A stretch of DNA of 41,860 nucleotides from Methanomassiliicoccales archaeon (GTDB lineage Archaea > Thermoplasmatota > Thermoplasmata > Methanomassiliicoccales > UBA472). The notes under the pieces are model-generated. The model was not told where the DNA came from. It was given only the letters and a program-made list of their open reading frames with translations, and did not search any database. The translations under genes were made by a program, and so were the position numbers. Shown here piece by piece: positions 17,714-28,861 of this stretch; position 1 is the first letter of the stretch, and each line of letters opens with the position of its first letter. The stretch is from positions 1 to 41,860 of the forward strand of contig JBEKDM010000001.1 of NCBI GenBank assembly GCA_050014375.1, written 5' to 3'.

Positions 17714-19170
17714 GGGAGCGCCTCTCTGAAGGCCTGCTCCATCACCTCGTATGCCGGGGCCTTGCCCGTCCAAAGCTCGAAGGCTTTCAAAGCCTGGTAG
17801 ATGAGCATATCCTTGCCCGAAACGGGCAACGCGCCCTTCTCCCTGGCCACTTCGATCAGTTTGGTGACCACTGGGTTGTAGATGGTGTCCAGGACCAGCA
17901 TTCCCTTTTGGATCGCTTCGATCGGGAGTGGCAGTTCGTTCGGGAATCCCTTCATGCCGACGGGGGTGCAATTGACCACGGCGGCGTACTTGCCCTTCGC
18001 CAGGGTATCGAATTCCACTGCGGTGACGTTATCGAACTTATCGGCCAGTGAGGCCGCCTTGGTGTTGGTACGGTTGGTGATCTTGACCTTCGCGCCCGCC
18101 TCGCTGAGGTAGGCGCACACCGCCCTGGACGCTCCGCCGGCACCGATGACCAGGATGTCCTTGTCCTTTACATCGAAGTTGGCCAGCTCGAAGGTCTTGG
18201 CAACTCCGTAGAGGTCGGTGTTGCTACCGATCAATGCACCCTTGTCGTTGATGATGGTATTGACCGCGCCAACCTTGATGGCATGCATGTCCAGACGGTC
18301 CAGCAATGAGATGACCGATTCCTTGTGCGGAATCGTGACGTTCATTCCGCGCATGTCCAGGTCGACCATCAGCTTGGTGACCGATTCCAATTCCACGGGT
18401 GCCGCCGGGAGCTTGAAGTACATCCCTGGAACATTGAGCGCCCTGAACGCGGCGTTATGCATTGCCGGCGATACGGTGTGCTCCAGCGGATGGCCAGTAA
18501 TACCAGTGATGATCGCCTTGTTGCCCAGCCATTTCATCGTGGCCAGGTCGATCTGCCCGGGCGCCGCTTCCTTGCCCGGCTCGAGCGAAACGTAGGTGAG
18601 AGTAGCTCCGAACCGGTTGGCGCACGCCCGGGTTATGCTGCCCATCGGCCCCATTCCGATCAGCGCGAACTTCCGCTCTGCCAGCGAGAACAGCTTCCCC
18701 GCTTCCACCAACGACTCCACGTCGGTGATCGTATCGGCCTTGTACACGACCTTGGGCGTGTCGCCCTTGGACCCGTTGGCCACCAGACGGTCGACCACGG
18801 CCATCAGTCTCGGACTGGAGTCGAACACATGGGAGGAGACGATGATCCTGATCCCGTCCAGGTCTCTATGGTGCATCAGCGGGAAATCGTCCTCCACGTC
18901 GATGAAGTCGAAAGCACCGTTATACGCCTTGATCAGGAACTTCAGCTTCTGCTCGTCGCTGTCTTTGTACTTGCCACCCTGAGCGACGGATCGGAGCGTG
19001 GCGATCTTGGGTATCTGGAACTCCTTGAAGCGGGTGAATTCCTTGGGCAGCTGGGCAAAATGGTCGAACCGGACCTCGATCAGGTCCGCGCCCATGCTGA
19101 TCGCCTTCCTCGATGCTTCGATAGCCTTGTCCAGACCGGTCTCGACGATGGATACGCAGTGTTGCATCAT
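17710..19170 (-). CDS. aroDE: Fusion of type I 3-dehydroquinate dehydratase and shikimate 5-dehydrogenase
   Basis: 486 aa from ATG 19170 (ATGA overlap). The N-terminal half shows GADLIEVRFDHF and a type I DHQase pattern. The C-terminal half shows GHPLEHTVSPAMHNAAF and VIGAGGASRA (SDH). Confidence 0.85.
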   Translation of the reverse strand: MMQHCVSIVETGLDKAIEASRKAISMGADLIEVRFDHFAQLPKEFTRFKEFQIPKIATLRSVAQGGKYKDSDEQKLKFLIKAYNGAFDFIDVEDDFPLMHHRDLDGIRIIVSSHVFDSSPRLMAVVDRLVANGSKGDTPKVVYKADTITDVESLVEAGKLFSLAERKFALIGMGPMGSITRACANRFGATLTYVSLEPGKEAAPGQIDLATMKWLGNKAIITGITGHPLEHTVSPAMHNAAFRALNVPGMYFKLPAAPVELESVTKLMVDLDMRGMNVTIPHKESVISLLDRLDMHAIKVGAVNTIINDKGALIGSNTDLYGVAKTFELANFDVKDKDILVIGAGGASRAVCAYLSEAGAKVKITNRTNTKAASLADKFDNVTAVEFDTLAKGKYAAVVNCTPVGMKGFPNELPLPIEAIQKGMLVLDTIYNPVVTKLIEVAREKGALPVSGKDMLIYQALKAFELWTGKAPAYEVMEQAFREALP

Positions 19171-20204
19171 CTCTCCGTTATGGTCTCTTTGATGGCATGT
19201 CCGAAGTGCCTTCCGCCCTGTTCCAGACGAACAAAGACCTCTTGGCCCACCTTGAGCTCGGATATGGACACCGGCCCCGTCGGCGTGCACATCCGGATCG
19301 TTTCAGCGTTCTGCAGGATGGTGGTGAATTTCTTACCATCCGTTTCGACCTCCACCAGGAGCAGAGGCCGCACCTCTATCTTGGAGCGTCCGACGACGAC
19401 CGATCGGCTGTTGCCCTCGGTGTCGACCGCCATGACCTCCTCGCCGCTCTTCACTTCGGAAAGGTACTTGGTCTTGCCGTCGGCGGTGAGCACGTAAGCA
19501 TGTACAGCACCGGCATTGACCCTGAAAGGTCTAGCAGCCACGTACTCGCTCTCCATTGCTTCCGATTGGATCAGGAACAGGCAATTGGACTGAGAACCGA
19601 CCAGCATGCCTTCGCCGATGCGTAGCAGGGAACAGGTGTCAAGGCAAACACGATCACCTATGTTTACCGGTACGATGCGTGTCACCTTGACCGCGGTGAG
19701 CCCGATCTTCGGCCTCTCCCCTTGGGTCAGGTCCATGAAGTCCTTGATGAACGAAGCGTCCTTTGGTTCGATGACGATACCATCGACGCCCACCTCCAGC
19801 GTCTTCGAGAACACCTTCGCCTCTTCCGGTGTCGCCGCTCCGGCCAGTATCCTTGTCTTTGACCTTTGGAACTCGGCGATCAAGTTCTCCAGGGGAATGA
19901 TCTTCCAGTCGTTGGCGGCAATGAGCACGTTGGCCACCTTTCCTTTGAGAACGGAGGCTTTGGCCAGGTCCTCCGGATGATCGATGACCACAATGGCGCC
20001 GATCCGTTCGCCTTCCAAGAACAGGTCGGTGCCGTTCACCTCAATGGCCTCGAACCGCCCCAGACGCTTTAGCTCCTTATCCTCGGCTCTGATCATTATG
20101 ATGGAATAACCGGACTCGAGTGCGGTTGAAACGATCTTCTTTCGCTCCTCATACGAAGTGAGGTGATCAGACCTGACCCAGACGGTCTTACCCTTTTCGC
20201 TCAT
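19167..20204 (-). CDS. aroB': 3-dehydroquinate synthase II (archaeal, MJ1249 type)
   Basis: 345-aa ORF. YEERKKIVSTALESG and NLIAEF....RILA blocks resemble archaeal DHQS-II. It is adjacent to ADH synthase. Confidence 0.85.
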   Translation of the reverse strand: MSEKGKTVWVRSDHLTSYEERKKIVSTALESGYSIIMIRAEDKELKRLGRFEAIEVNGTDLFLEGERIGAIVVIDHPEDLAKASVLKGKVANVLIAANDWKIIPLENLIAEFQRSKTRILAGAATPEEAKVFSKTLEVGVDGIVIEPKDASFIKDFMDLTQGERPKIGLTAVKVTRIVPVNIGDRVCLDTCSLLRIGEGMLVGSQSNCLFLIQSEAMESEYVAARPFRVNAGAVHAYVLTADGKTKYLSEVKSGEEVMAVDTEGNSRSVVVGRSKIEVRPLLLVEVETDGKKFTTILQNAETIRMCTPTGPVSISELKVGQEVFVRLEQGGRHFGHAIKETITER

Positions 20205-20210
20205 GGGGGA

Positions 20211-21026
20211 TCACTTCAGCAATTTGATGGCTTCCTCGACTTCCAGGTCCTCGATCACGATGGCGGATATCGCCTTGGTGATCCCGGTGACGTTCCGGTG
20301 CTGGAAGATGTTTCGGCCGATCGAGACACCCTTTCCTCCGGCGTCCACGGAATCGCGTACCATCTGCAATAGCTTCTCGTCCGAGTCGATCTTCGGACCG
20401 CCGGCGATGACCACCGGTGCCAGTGCGCCTCTGACCAGCTCACGGAAGGAATCGATGTCCCCGGTGTAGTTGGTCTTGACGATATCCGCGCCCATTTCGG
20501 CGGCGACACGTGCGCACAGTTTGAGCTTGTCGATATCGAAAGCATCCGCGGCATCCTTTCCCCTCGGGTAGATCATGCAAAGCAGAGGAACACCCCACTC
20601 AGTGCACTTCCTGCTGATCTCTCCGAAGTCCGCCAGCATCTGGTCATCCCAGTCGTTGCCCAGGTTAACGTGGATCGAGACCGCGTCCGCCCCGAGCTTC
20701 AACGATTCCTCGACCGTGGTGACGAGCACCTTCTTGCTCGGATTGGGACTGAGATTGGTGCTTGCCGAAAGATGAATGATGAGCCCGATGTCACGCCCAA
20801 AGGACCGGTGGCTGTATGGGGGAATGCCTTTGTGCAACACTATGGCGGTCGCCCCTCCCTGGGACACCTTGTCTATCGTGGACTTCATGTCCAGCAATCC
20901 TTCCATGGGCCCCATCGAGATTCCGTGATCCAACGGGACGATGACCGCACGGCCCGTCGACCGGTCCATGATGCGCTCCATCCTTACGCTCTTTCCAAGC
21001 ACTGTATCACCCTTTTTCCGTGTCAA
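20211..21026 (-). CDS. aroA': 2-amino-3,7-dideoxy-D-threo-hept-6-ulosonate (ADH) synthase, class I aldolase family (MJ0400 type)
   Basis: 271-aa ORF with LGKSVRMERI, VPLDHG.S.GP, AVSIHVN.G, ADIVKT.YTGD and GRNIFQH blocks, collinear with MJ0400 as recalled. Start is TTG 21026, with GTG 21002 or ATG 20981 as alternatives. Confidence 0.85.
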   Translation of the reverse strand: MTRKKGDTVLGKSVRMERIMDRSTGRAVIVPLDHGISMGPMEGLLDMKSTIDKVSQGGATAIVLHKGIPPYSHRSFGRDIGLIIHLSASTNLSPNPSKKVLVTTVEESLKLGADAVSIHVNLGNDWDDQMLADFGEISRKCTEWGVPLLCMIYPRGKDAADAFDIDKLKLCARVAAEMGADIVKTNYTGDIDSFRELVRGALAPVVIAGGPKIDSDEKLLQMVRDSVDAGGKGVSIGRNIFQHRNVTGITKAISAIVIEDLEVEEAIKLLK

Positions 21027-21223
21027 TATCTAGCATGCTTATTTAAGTTTCGCCGCATACCATGAGTTGAACCTTTGTAGCATGCGCAACCCATCTCTGG
21101 GTGATATCACACGTTTTCGGTTCATCATTGGTGCCTTCTGGTTTATAGGTTTCCTAGACAGACCGATGTTCAAATAGGTTCAATGATAACCAATATTATA
21201 CAGTAGAACAATGTCATGGGCAT
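21027..21223. promoter_or_regulatory. Divergent control region between the aromatic/His supraoperon and the ACT-regulator gene
   Basis: TATA-like AATATTATA at 21192-21200 is centred about 28 nt upstream of ATG 21224, suggesting a leaderless-type transcript. Minus-strand TATA candidates are TTAAATAAG (21039-21047) and CCTATAAAC (21142-21150). The octamer TAGCATGC occurs twice (21031-21038 and 21078-21085). Confidence 0.45.
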
Positions 21224-21724
21224 ATGTGGAAGCAGATCGCGAACTACTTCGGCCGTTATCCTTCTCAGGCGAAAGTGGCAAAGCTGCTATTAGAGAATGG
21301 CATGAGTGTTTGCAAGGGCAGGATATATTGCGGGGAGGTGGAGGTGGCGGACGTCGCCCTCGGAAGGGCAGCTGGCGTCGATCGACGGATCGTCCGCGCG
21401 GCCATCGAGACCATCGAGTCCAGTCCTGAGCTTTCCAAGGTGTTCGCAGCACTGAGGCCGACGTTGCTCCTTAGAGATGTGGCACCGGTCATGGGCTGGT
21501 CTGTGATCGAGATAATCCCGGACAACGCCACCGCAACAGGCATCGTAGCCGACGTGACGACCGTCATCTCCAACGCCGGGATCAGCATCCGGCAGGTGTT
21601 GGTGGGAGATCCCGACCTAAGCATCGAACCGAAGCTGTATGTCATCACCGAGAGTCCGGTGCCCCCTGAGCTGATACCCAGCCTGAAGGCCTGCCGGGGC
21701 GTCAAGACGATCATCATTCATTGA
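21224..21724 (+). CDS. ACT-domain protein of the archaeal predicted amino-acid-metabolism regulator family (COG2150-like)
   Basis: 166-aa ORF. The N-terminal part (YPSQAKVAKLLLENG....GRIYCG.VEV.D.ALGRAAGVDRR.VRA.IETIE) is wHTH-like and the C-terminal part is ACT-like (GIVADVTTVISNAGISIRQV). The family assignment is from memory. Confidence 0.6.
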   Translation: MWKQIANYFGRYPSQAKVAKLLLENGMSVCKGRIYCGEVEVADVALGRAAGVDRRIVRAAIETIESSPELSKVFAALRPTLLLRDVAPVMGWSVIEIIPDNATATGIVADVTTVISNAGISIRQVLVGDPDLSIEPKLYVITESPVPPELIPSLKACRGVKTIIIH

Positions 21725-22626
21725 TCACCATGGTAAATGTCCAGAAGGGATCTCCCGCTCCCTACATCGGGGTCGCTGTCGCTGTCTTCAGTGTATCGTT
21801 CGCATCGATATTCATTCGCTGGAGCGATGTCCCACCGGTCGTGATCGCGGCGTACCGGATGCTTTTTGCCGCCCTCATGCTGCTCCCGTTCGCGATCGTC
21901 CACAGAGAGGCGCAGTTCAAATACCTGGACCGAAGCACTTTTTCCTGGCTTCTGGTCATCGGCCTCGTGCTCGCATTGCACTTCGCCACTTGGATCACGT
22001 CTCTCGGAATGACATCGGTGGCGAGCTCCACCCTACTGGTCACGGCTCATCCCTTGCTGGTCGGGGTCGTTTCCATACTATTTTTCAAGGAATCTGGAAA
22101 ATGGACCGCTCTGGGGGTTACGATAGGTTTCGCCGGTGTGGTCTTCATATCCCTGTTGTCCCAGGGGGACGGTTCATGGGATGGAAACTTTATGGCATTG
22201 CTTGGTGGGGTCTTTGCCGGGATCTATATTCTGAGCGGCAGGAGAATGCGGAAGAAAGTGAACCTGATCGCCTATGCTTTCATCATCTATCTTTCCGCAG
22301 CGGCATTCCTCTTCCTTGCGGCCATTGTCTTGGACCAGCCGATTTGGCCATATCCGATGCAGGAGTTCATTTTGTTCCTATTGCTCGCCGGCGTATCAAC
22401 GATATTGGGCCATACGGTCTATAATTGGTCATTGAAGTACGTCACCGCTCCGCTGGTCAGCGCATCGTTGCTCGGTGAGCCCATCCTCGCCTCGGTGCTG
22501 GCCCTATTCATCCTTGGGGAGATACCATCTTATTACATCATCCCTGGAGGGGCATTGATACTCATCGGGGTTTTGTTCGTGCTCTATGATGAGCTCTCGA
22601 ACAAGAAAAATGTGGGTAGTGCATAG
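21721..22626 (+). CDS. EamA/DMT-superfamily transporter (10-TM drug/metabolite exporter type)
   Basis: 301-aa highly hydrophobic ORF with a two-fold EamA-like repeat. Start is TTG 21721 (overlaps the regulator stop) or ATG 21730. Confidence 0.8.
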   Translation: MITMVNVQKGSPAPYIGVAVAVFSVSFASIFIRWSDVPPVVIAAYRMLFAALMLLPFAIVHREAQFKYLDRSTFSWLLVIGLVLALHFATWITSLGMTSVASSTLLVTAHPLLVGVVSILFFKESGKWTALGVTIGFAGVVFISLLSQGDGSWDGNFMALLGGVFAGIYILSGRRMRKKVNLIAYAFIIYLSAAAFLFLAAIVLDQPIWPYPMQEFILFLLLAGVSTILGHTVYNWSLKYVTAPLVSASLLGEPILASVLALFILGEIPSYYIIPGGALILIGVLFVLYDELSNKKNVGSA

Positions 22627-22840
22627 GGGCGCTCTCGAACGGATAGCCAAGGATCTGAACTTGAACACCTGGGTCTTCGTCACAGTCCATCGATGAGGTC
22701 TATATTGTCGAACAAGTCCTAGGCCAGGATCGGGCTGCCGCAATAATGGCACAGCAGCCCGTTTCCCTATTCAGGCAGGGCCATGCTTGTCCCGAAATTG
22801 GGACACTACATGGACTGGGCAAGTTTTATTTCTTATGGTA

Positions 22841-22860
22841 TTGGCCCAAGGCCAAAAAGT
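22841..22860 (-). terminator. Candidate carB terminator: T5 tract followed by TTGGCC-CAA-GGCCAA hairpin
   Basis: On the minus strand, CTTTTT lies about 20 nt after the carB stop (22880-22882), followed by a 6-bp perfect stem at 22841-22855. A plus-strand T-rich tract at 22823-22834 could terminate the convergent EamA transcript. Confidence 0.3.
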
Positions 22861-22879
22861 CAATTCCGAATGCAAGGGA

Positions 22880-26085
<3,206 letters not shown>

Positions 26086-26089
<4 letters not shown>

Positions 26090-27168
26090 TTCTTGACCTC
26101 CAGCATCTTTCCGAACTCATCGAAGAGGAACCCGGTGTCCCTGGGGCCGGGACAGGCCTCGGGGTGATATTGGACAGAGAAGATGGGTAGTTCGGTGTGC
26201 CTCATGCCCTCCACGGTGCCGTCATTGACGTTGGTCTGCTCGACCACCAGACCGCTGCCGTCGATCGACTCCGGGTCGACCGCGTAACCATGGTTCTGGG
26301 AGGTGATGAACACCCGGTCCCGGTACTTCACCGGTTGGTTCGCCCCGCGGTGCCCGAACTTCATCTTGTAAGTGGAGCCTCCGAAAGCAAGCCCTAGAAG
26401 CTGGTTTCCCATGCAGATGCCCATGATCGGGTACTGGTCCTTGATCTCAGCGATGGTCCGGACGGTCGTGCTCTTTAGGTCTGGATGGGACGGGTCGCCA
26501 GGTCCATTAGATATCAATACCCCGTCGATCTGGTGATCGCGGAAGAATTTCTTCGGGGTGTCGTGTGGAAGCTGGTAGACATTGAACCGCTTGTGCAGTT
26601 CCCAGACGATGTTGGCCTTGACACCGCAGTCGAACAGGGCGACGGTCTTGGTCGCCTTTTCGTTCTTGTGAAGAATGATCTTCTTGGTGCTCGCCATACC
26701 CACCAGGTTATCGTCGGACGGATAGGCCATGGTGCGGAGCTTCTTGACGACCTCTTCCGGTTCCTCGTCGAATACAATGGCTCCGCGGAGCGTCCCCCTT
26801 TCCCTGATCTTGATGATGATCGACCTGGTGTCCAGGTCGGAGATGCCAGGAACATTCTCCTGTTTTAGGTATGAGCCGAGGGTCTTACCCTCGTACATGT
26901 CGGATGGTTCGGTGCAGTTCTGCCGGACCACGAACCCGCGGACCTGGACCTTTCCCGACTCCACGTCCTTTGAGTTGACCCCGTAGTTGCCGATCAAAGG
27001 GTAGGACATTATCAGGATCTGCCCCATGTAGGAAGGGTCGGTCAAGCTCTCCTGATAACCGGTCATCCCGGTGTTAAAAACAACCTCGCCAAAAGCGGTC
27101 TTTCCGGAACCAAAACCTGTGCCTTCCATTACCGTTCCATCTTCGAGTACCAGGAAGCACTTTGCCAT
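26086..27168 (-). CDS. carA: Carbamoyl-phosphate synthase small (glutaminase) subunit
   Basis: 360-aa ORF with GICMGNQLL catalytic Cys, FGHRGANQPV and QYHPEA blocks. Confidence 0.95.
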
Positions 27169-27239
27169 TAAGATTCGATGGTATAGTTAGGGGGTACTTA
27201 ACTTTTGTTGAGCTATCCTCTACACATATGCAAGGGCTT

Positions 27240-27255
27240 TGTCCATCGTTGGACA
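27240..27255. promoter_or_regulatory. Perfect palindrome TGTCCA-TCGT-TGGACA upstream of carAB; candidate operator
   Basis: Read directly. It lies about 72-87 nt upstream of the carA ATG (27168), within the divergent carA/pelota spacer. Confidence 0.3.
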
Positions 27256-27458
27256 CATACAACATACTGGCTATGGATGAAAAGCTATCTCGAGGTCGGT
27301 TGCTGAATAGAGAACCGCCTCGCTATGATTTTACACTATAGGCAAGGAGCTAGGCCCGACGCATACCGATACATACACTACAAGTTTTTCACCATTAGAG
27401 TTGATTCTCCAGAATGGACTATGATGATTACTTCATGAACCCTGTCCTTCCCCAACCC

Positions 27459-27466
27459 TATAATAA
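27459..27466 (+). promoter_or_regulatory. TATA-box candidate (TATAATAA) for pelota
   Basis: Centred about 29 nt upstream of ATG 27491. This spacing is typical for a leaderless or short-leader archaeal mRNA. Confidence 0.4.
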
Positions 27467-27490
27467 TGTCCGAACCTTTCACTTCGATAG

Positions 27491-28543
27491 ATGCGTGTTC
27501 TCCATCAGGACCGGTTCAAGGGCGAGATAAAGGTGCAGGTCGATGCACCGGACGATCTTTGGCATCTCTATAACATCATCCAGATAGGCGATGTTCTGGT
27601 CTCATCTACCTATCGTCGCGACGAATCGGCCAAGGTCGACAAGGTACGCGCGGAGCGGTCGGAGAAGAAACGCATGGTCCTGGGCATCAAGGTGGAGAAG
27701 ATGGAGTTCCATGAGTTCGACATCCGGCTTCGTGTAACTGGTGTGATCGTGGAAGGTCCTCAGGACATCGGTTCCTATCATACCCTTAATCTCGAGGAAG
27801 GGGAGCAGGTCTCCATCATCAAGATCGAATGGAAGCCATCCCAGCTGGAAAGGGTTCGTCGGGCGGTCGAGGACGCCCGGAAGCCGACCATCGTGTTCGT
27901 GGCGTTGGAGAACGATGAGGCAGTGATCGCAGTCATGCGGCAGGCGGGTATACAGAGAGTGGCAGAGATCACTGGTCCCGCCGGCGGCAAGATGTATGAG
28001 CAGAAACAGTCCAATGAGTACTATCTAGAGGTGCTGGCCAAGCTCAAGCAGGTGGCGGTCGGTGGCGTTCCGCTGGTCATCCTGGGGCCGGGTTTCGCCA
28101 AGGAGACGCTGCTTGAGCTGGGTAAGGAGAAAGAGCCGGAGATCTTCGAGAAAGCATTCGTCTATCATACCGGCCAGGCAGGCATGACCGGTATACATGA
28201 GCTCATGAAGCGCGGCCTCGGCACCGAGGTGCTGAAGGATTCGCGCGTCGCCCAGGAGGTCAACCTGGTGGAAAAGGTGCTGGAGGAGATCGCAAAAGAA
28301 GGGCCGGTCGCCTATGGCCCGAAGGAGGTCCGGGAAGCTGTAGACGCAGGGGCGGTGGAGACCCTCCTCATCGTTGACAACGTCGTGCGGAACAAAGACT
28401 TCGAGAGGATGATGAAGGCTGTCGAGGAACAGAGGGGTACGGTCATAGTCGTCTCTGAGCTGCATGAGGGGGGCAAGAAGCTCGACGCAATCGGAGGCAT
28501 GGCGGCGCTGCTCCGGTTCAAGACCGCAACATCATATTCCTAG
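27491..28543 (+). CDS. pelA: Pelota (aRF1-related mRNA surveillance / ribosome rescue factor)
   Basis: 350-aa ORF with an N-terminal Sm-like domain (GEIKVQVDAPDDLWHLYNII..GD), eRF1-like central and C-terminal domains, and GG.AALLRF near the C-terminus. Confidence 0.9.
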   Translation: MRVLHQDRFKGEIKVQVDAPDDLWHLYNIIQIGDVLVSSTYRRDESAKVDKVRAERSEKKRMVLGIKVEKMEFHEFDIRLRVTGVIVEGPQDIGSYHTLNLEEGEQVSIIKIEWKPSQLERVRRAVEDARKPTIVFVALENDEAVIAVMRQAGIQRVAEITGPAGGKMYEQKQSNEYYLEVLAKLKQVAVGGVPLVILGPGFAKETLLELGKEKEPEIFEKAFVYHTGQAGMTGIHELMKRGLGTEVLKDSRVAQEVNLVEKVLEEIAKEGPVAYGPKEVREAVDAGAVETLLIVDNVVRNKDFERMMKAVEEQRGTVIVVSELHEGGKKLDAIGGMAALLRFKTATSYS

Positions 28544-28690
28544 GCAATTGTCGTATGTAACGAAAAAGAGCGATGCCAGAGCTCTCACAGGAATCAAAGA
28601 TCGATGGCCATTCGAACAAGGTCTTGACTCCCATATCCGAAAATCTTTAGTATCCCCGCTTTTATGGAGATAGGTCCGCGCGACACCCGG

Positions 28691-28744
28691 TATCACGACG
28701 ATATGTCCCCTACGGGACTGCGAAAGACAGTTATTGTCGGTGAT
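28691..28744 (+). other. Nested stem-loop in the GC-rich spacer upstream of the synthase operon (possible cis-regulatory RNA or sRNA piece)
   Basis: The outer stem pairs ATCACGAC (28692-28699) with GTCGGTGAT (28736-44, one bulge). The inner hairpin is GTCCC-ctac-GGGAC (28705-28718). A further hairpin, CGGCC-GGAAA-GGCCG, lies at 28811-28825. Confidence 0.2.
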
Positions 28745-28861
28745 GGGGCGTTCCGAACTTATATCTAACAAACGGTGAGGCGCTCGTTCAGCCAGGGTCA
28801 TGCCCGTGGTCGGCCGGAAAGGCCGCTCCGCTAGATCAAGTCCAAGTAGGAAGGGAAATAG

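Noticed and set aside
18325-19497. Long plus-strand ORF (390 aa) antisense to aroDE and DHQ synthase II. Similar long antisense ORFs occur at 12143-13048, 24368-25495, 7258-7935, 28928-29863 and 6437-7093.
   Set aside because: These are shadow ORFs typical of high-GC DNA. Their translations are Arg/Gly/Pro/His-rich and low complexity, with no recognisable motifs. Each is fully overlapped by a gene with unmistakable family signatures on the other strand.
21211-21429. 72-aa plus-strand ORF starting at ATG 21211, upstream of and out of frame with the ACT regulator
   Set aside because: The translation contains a GGGGGRRPRKGSWRR low-complexity run. The overlapping frame from ATG 21224 gives the conserved regulator sequence.
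28811-28825. GGCCGGAAAGGCC hairpin reminiscent of the SRP RNA helix 8 / RNase P GGAAAG strings
   Set aside because: The flanks lack the conserved SRP asymmetric-loop sequence (GGAAGCAGC-type) and the RNase P CR-I/CR-V blocks. It is a simple perfect hairpin, so I make no SRP or RNase P RNA call.
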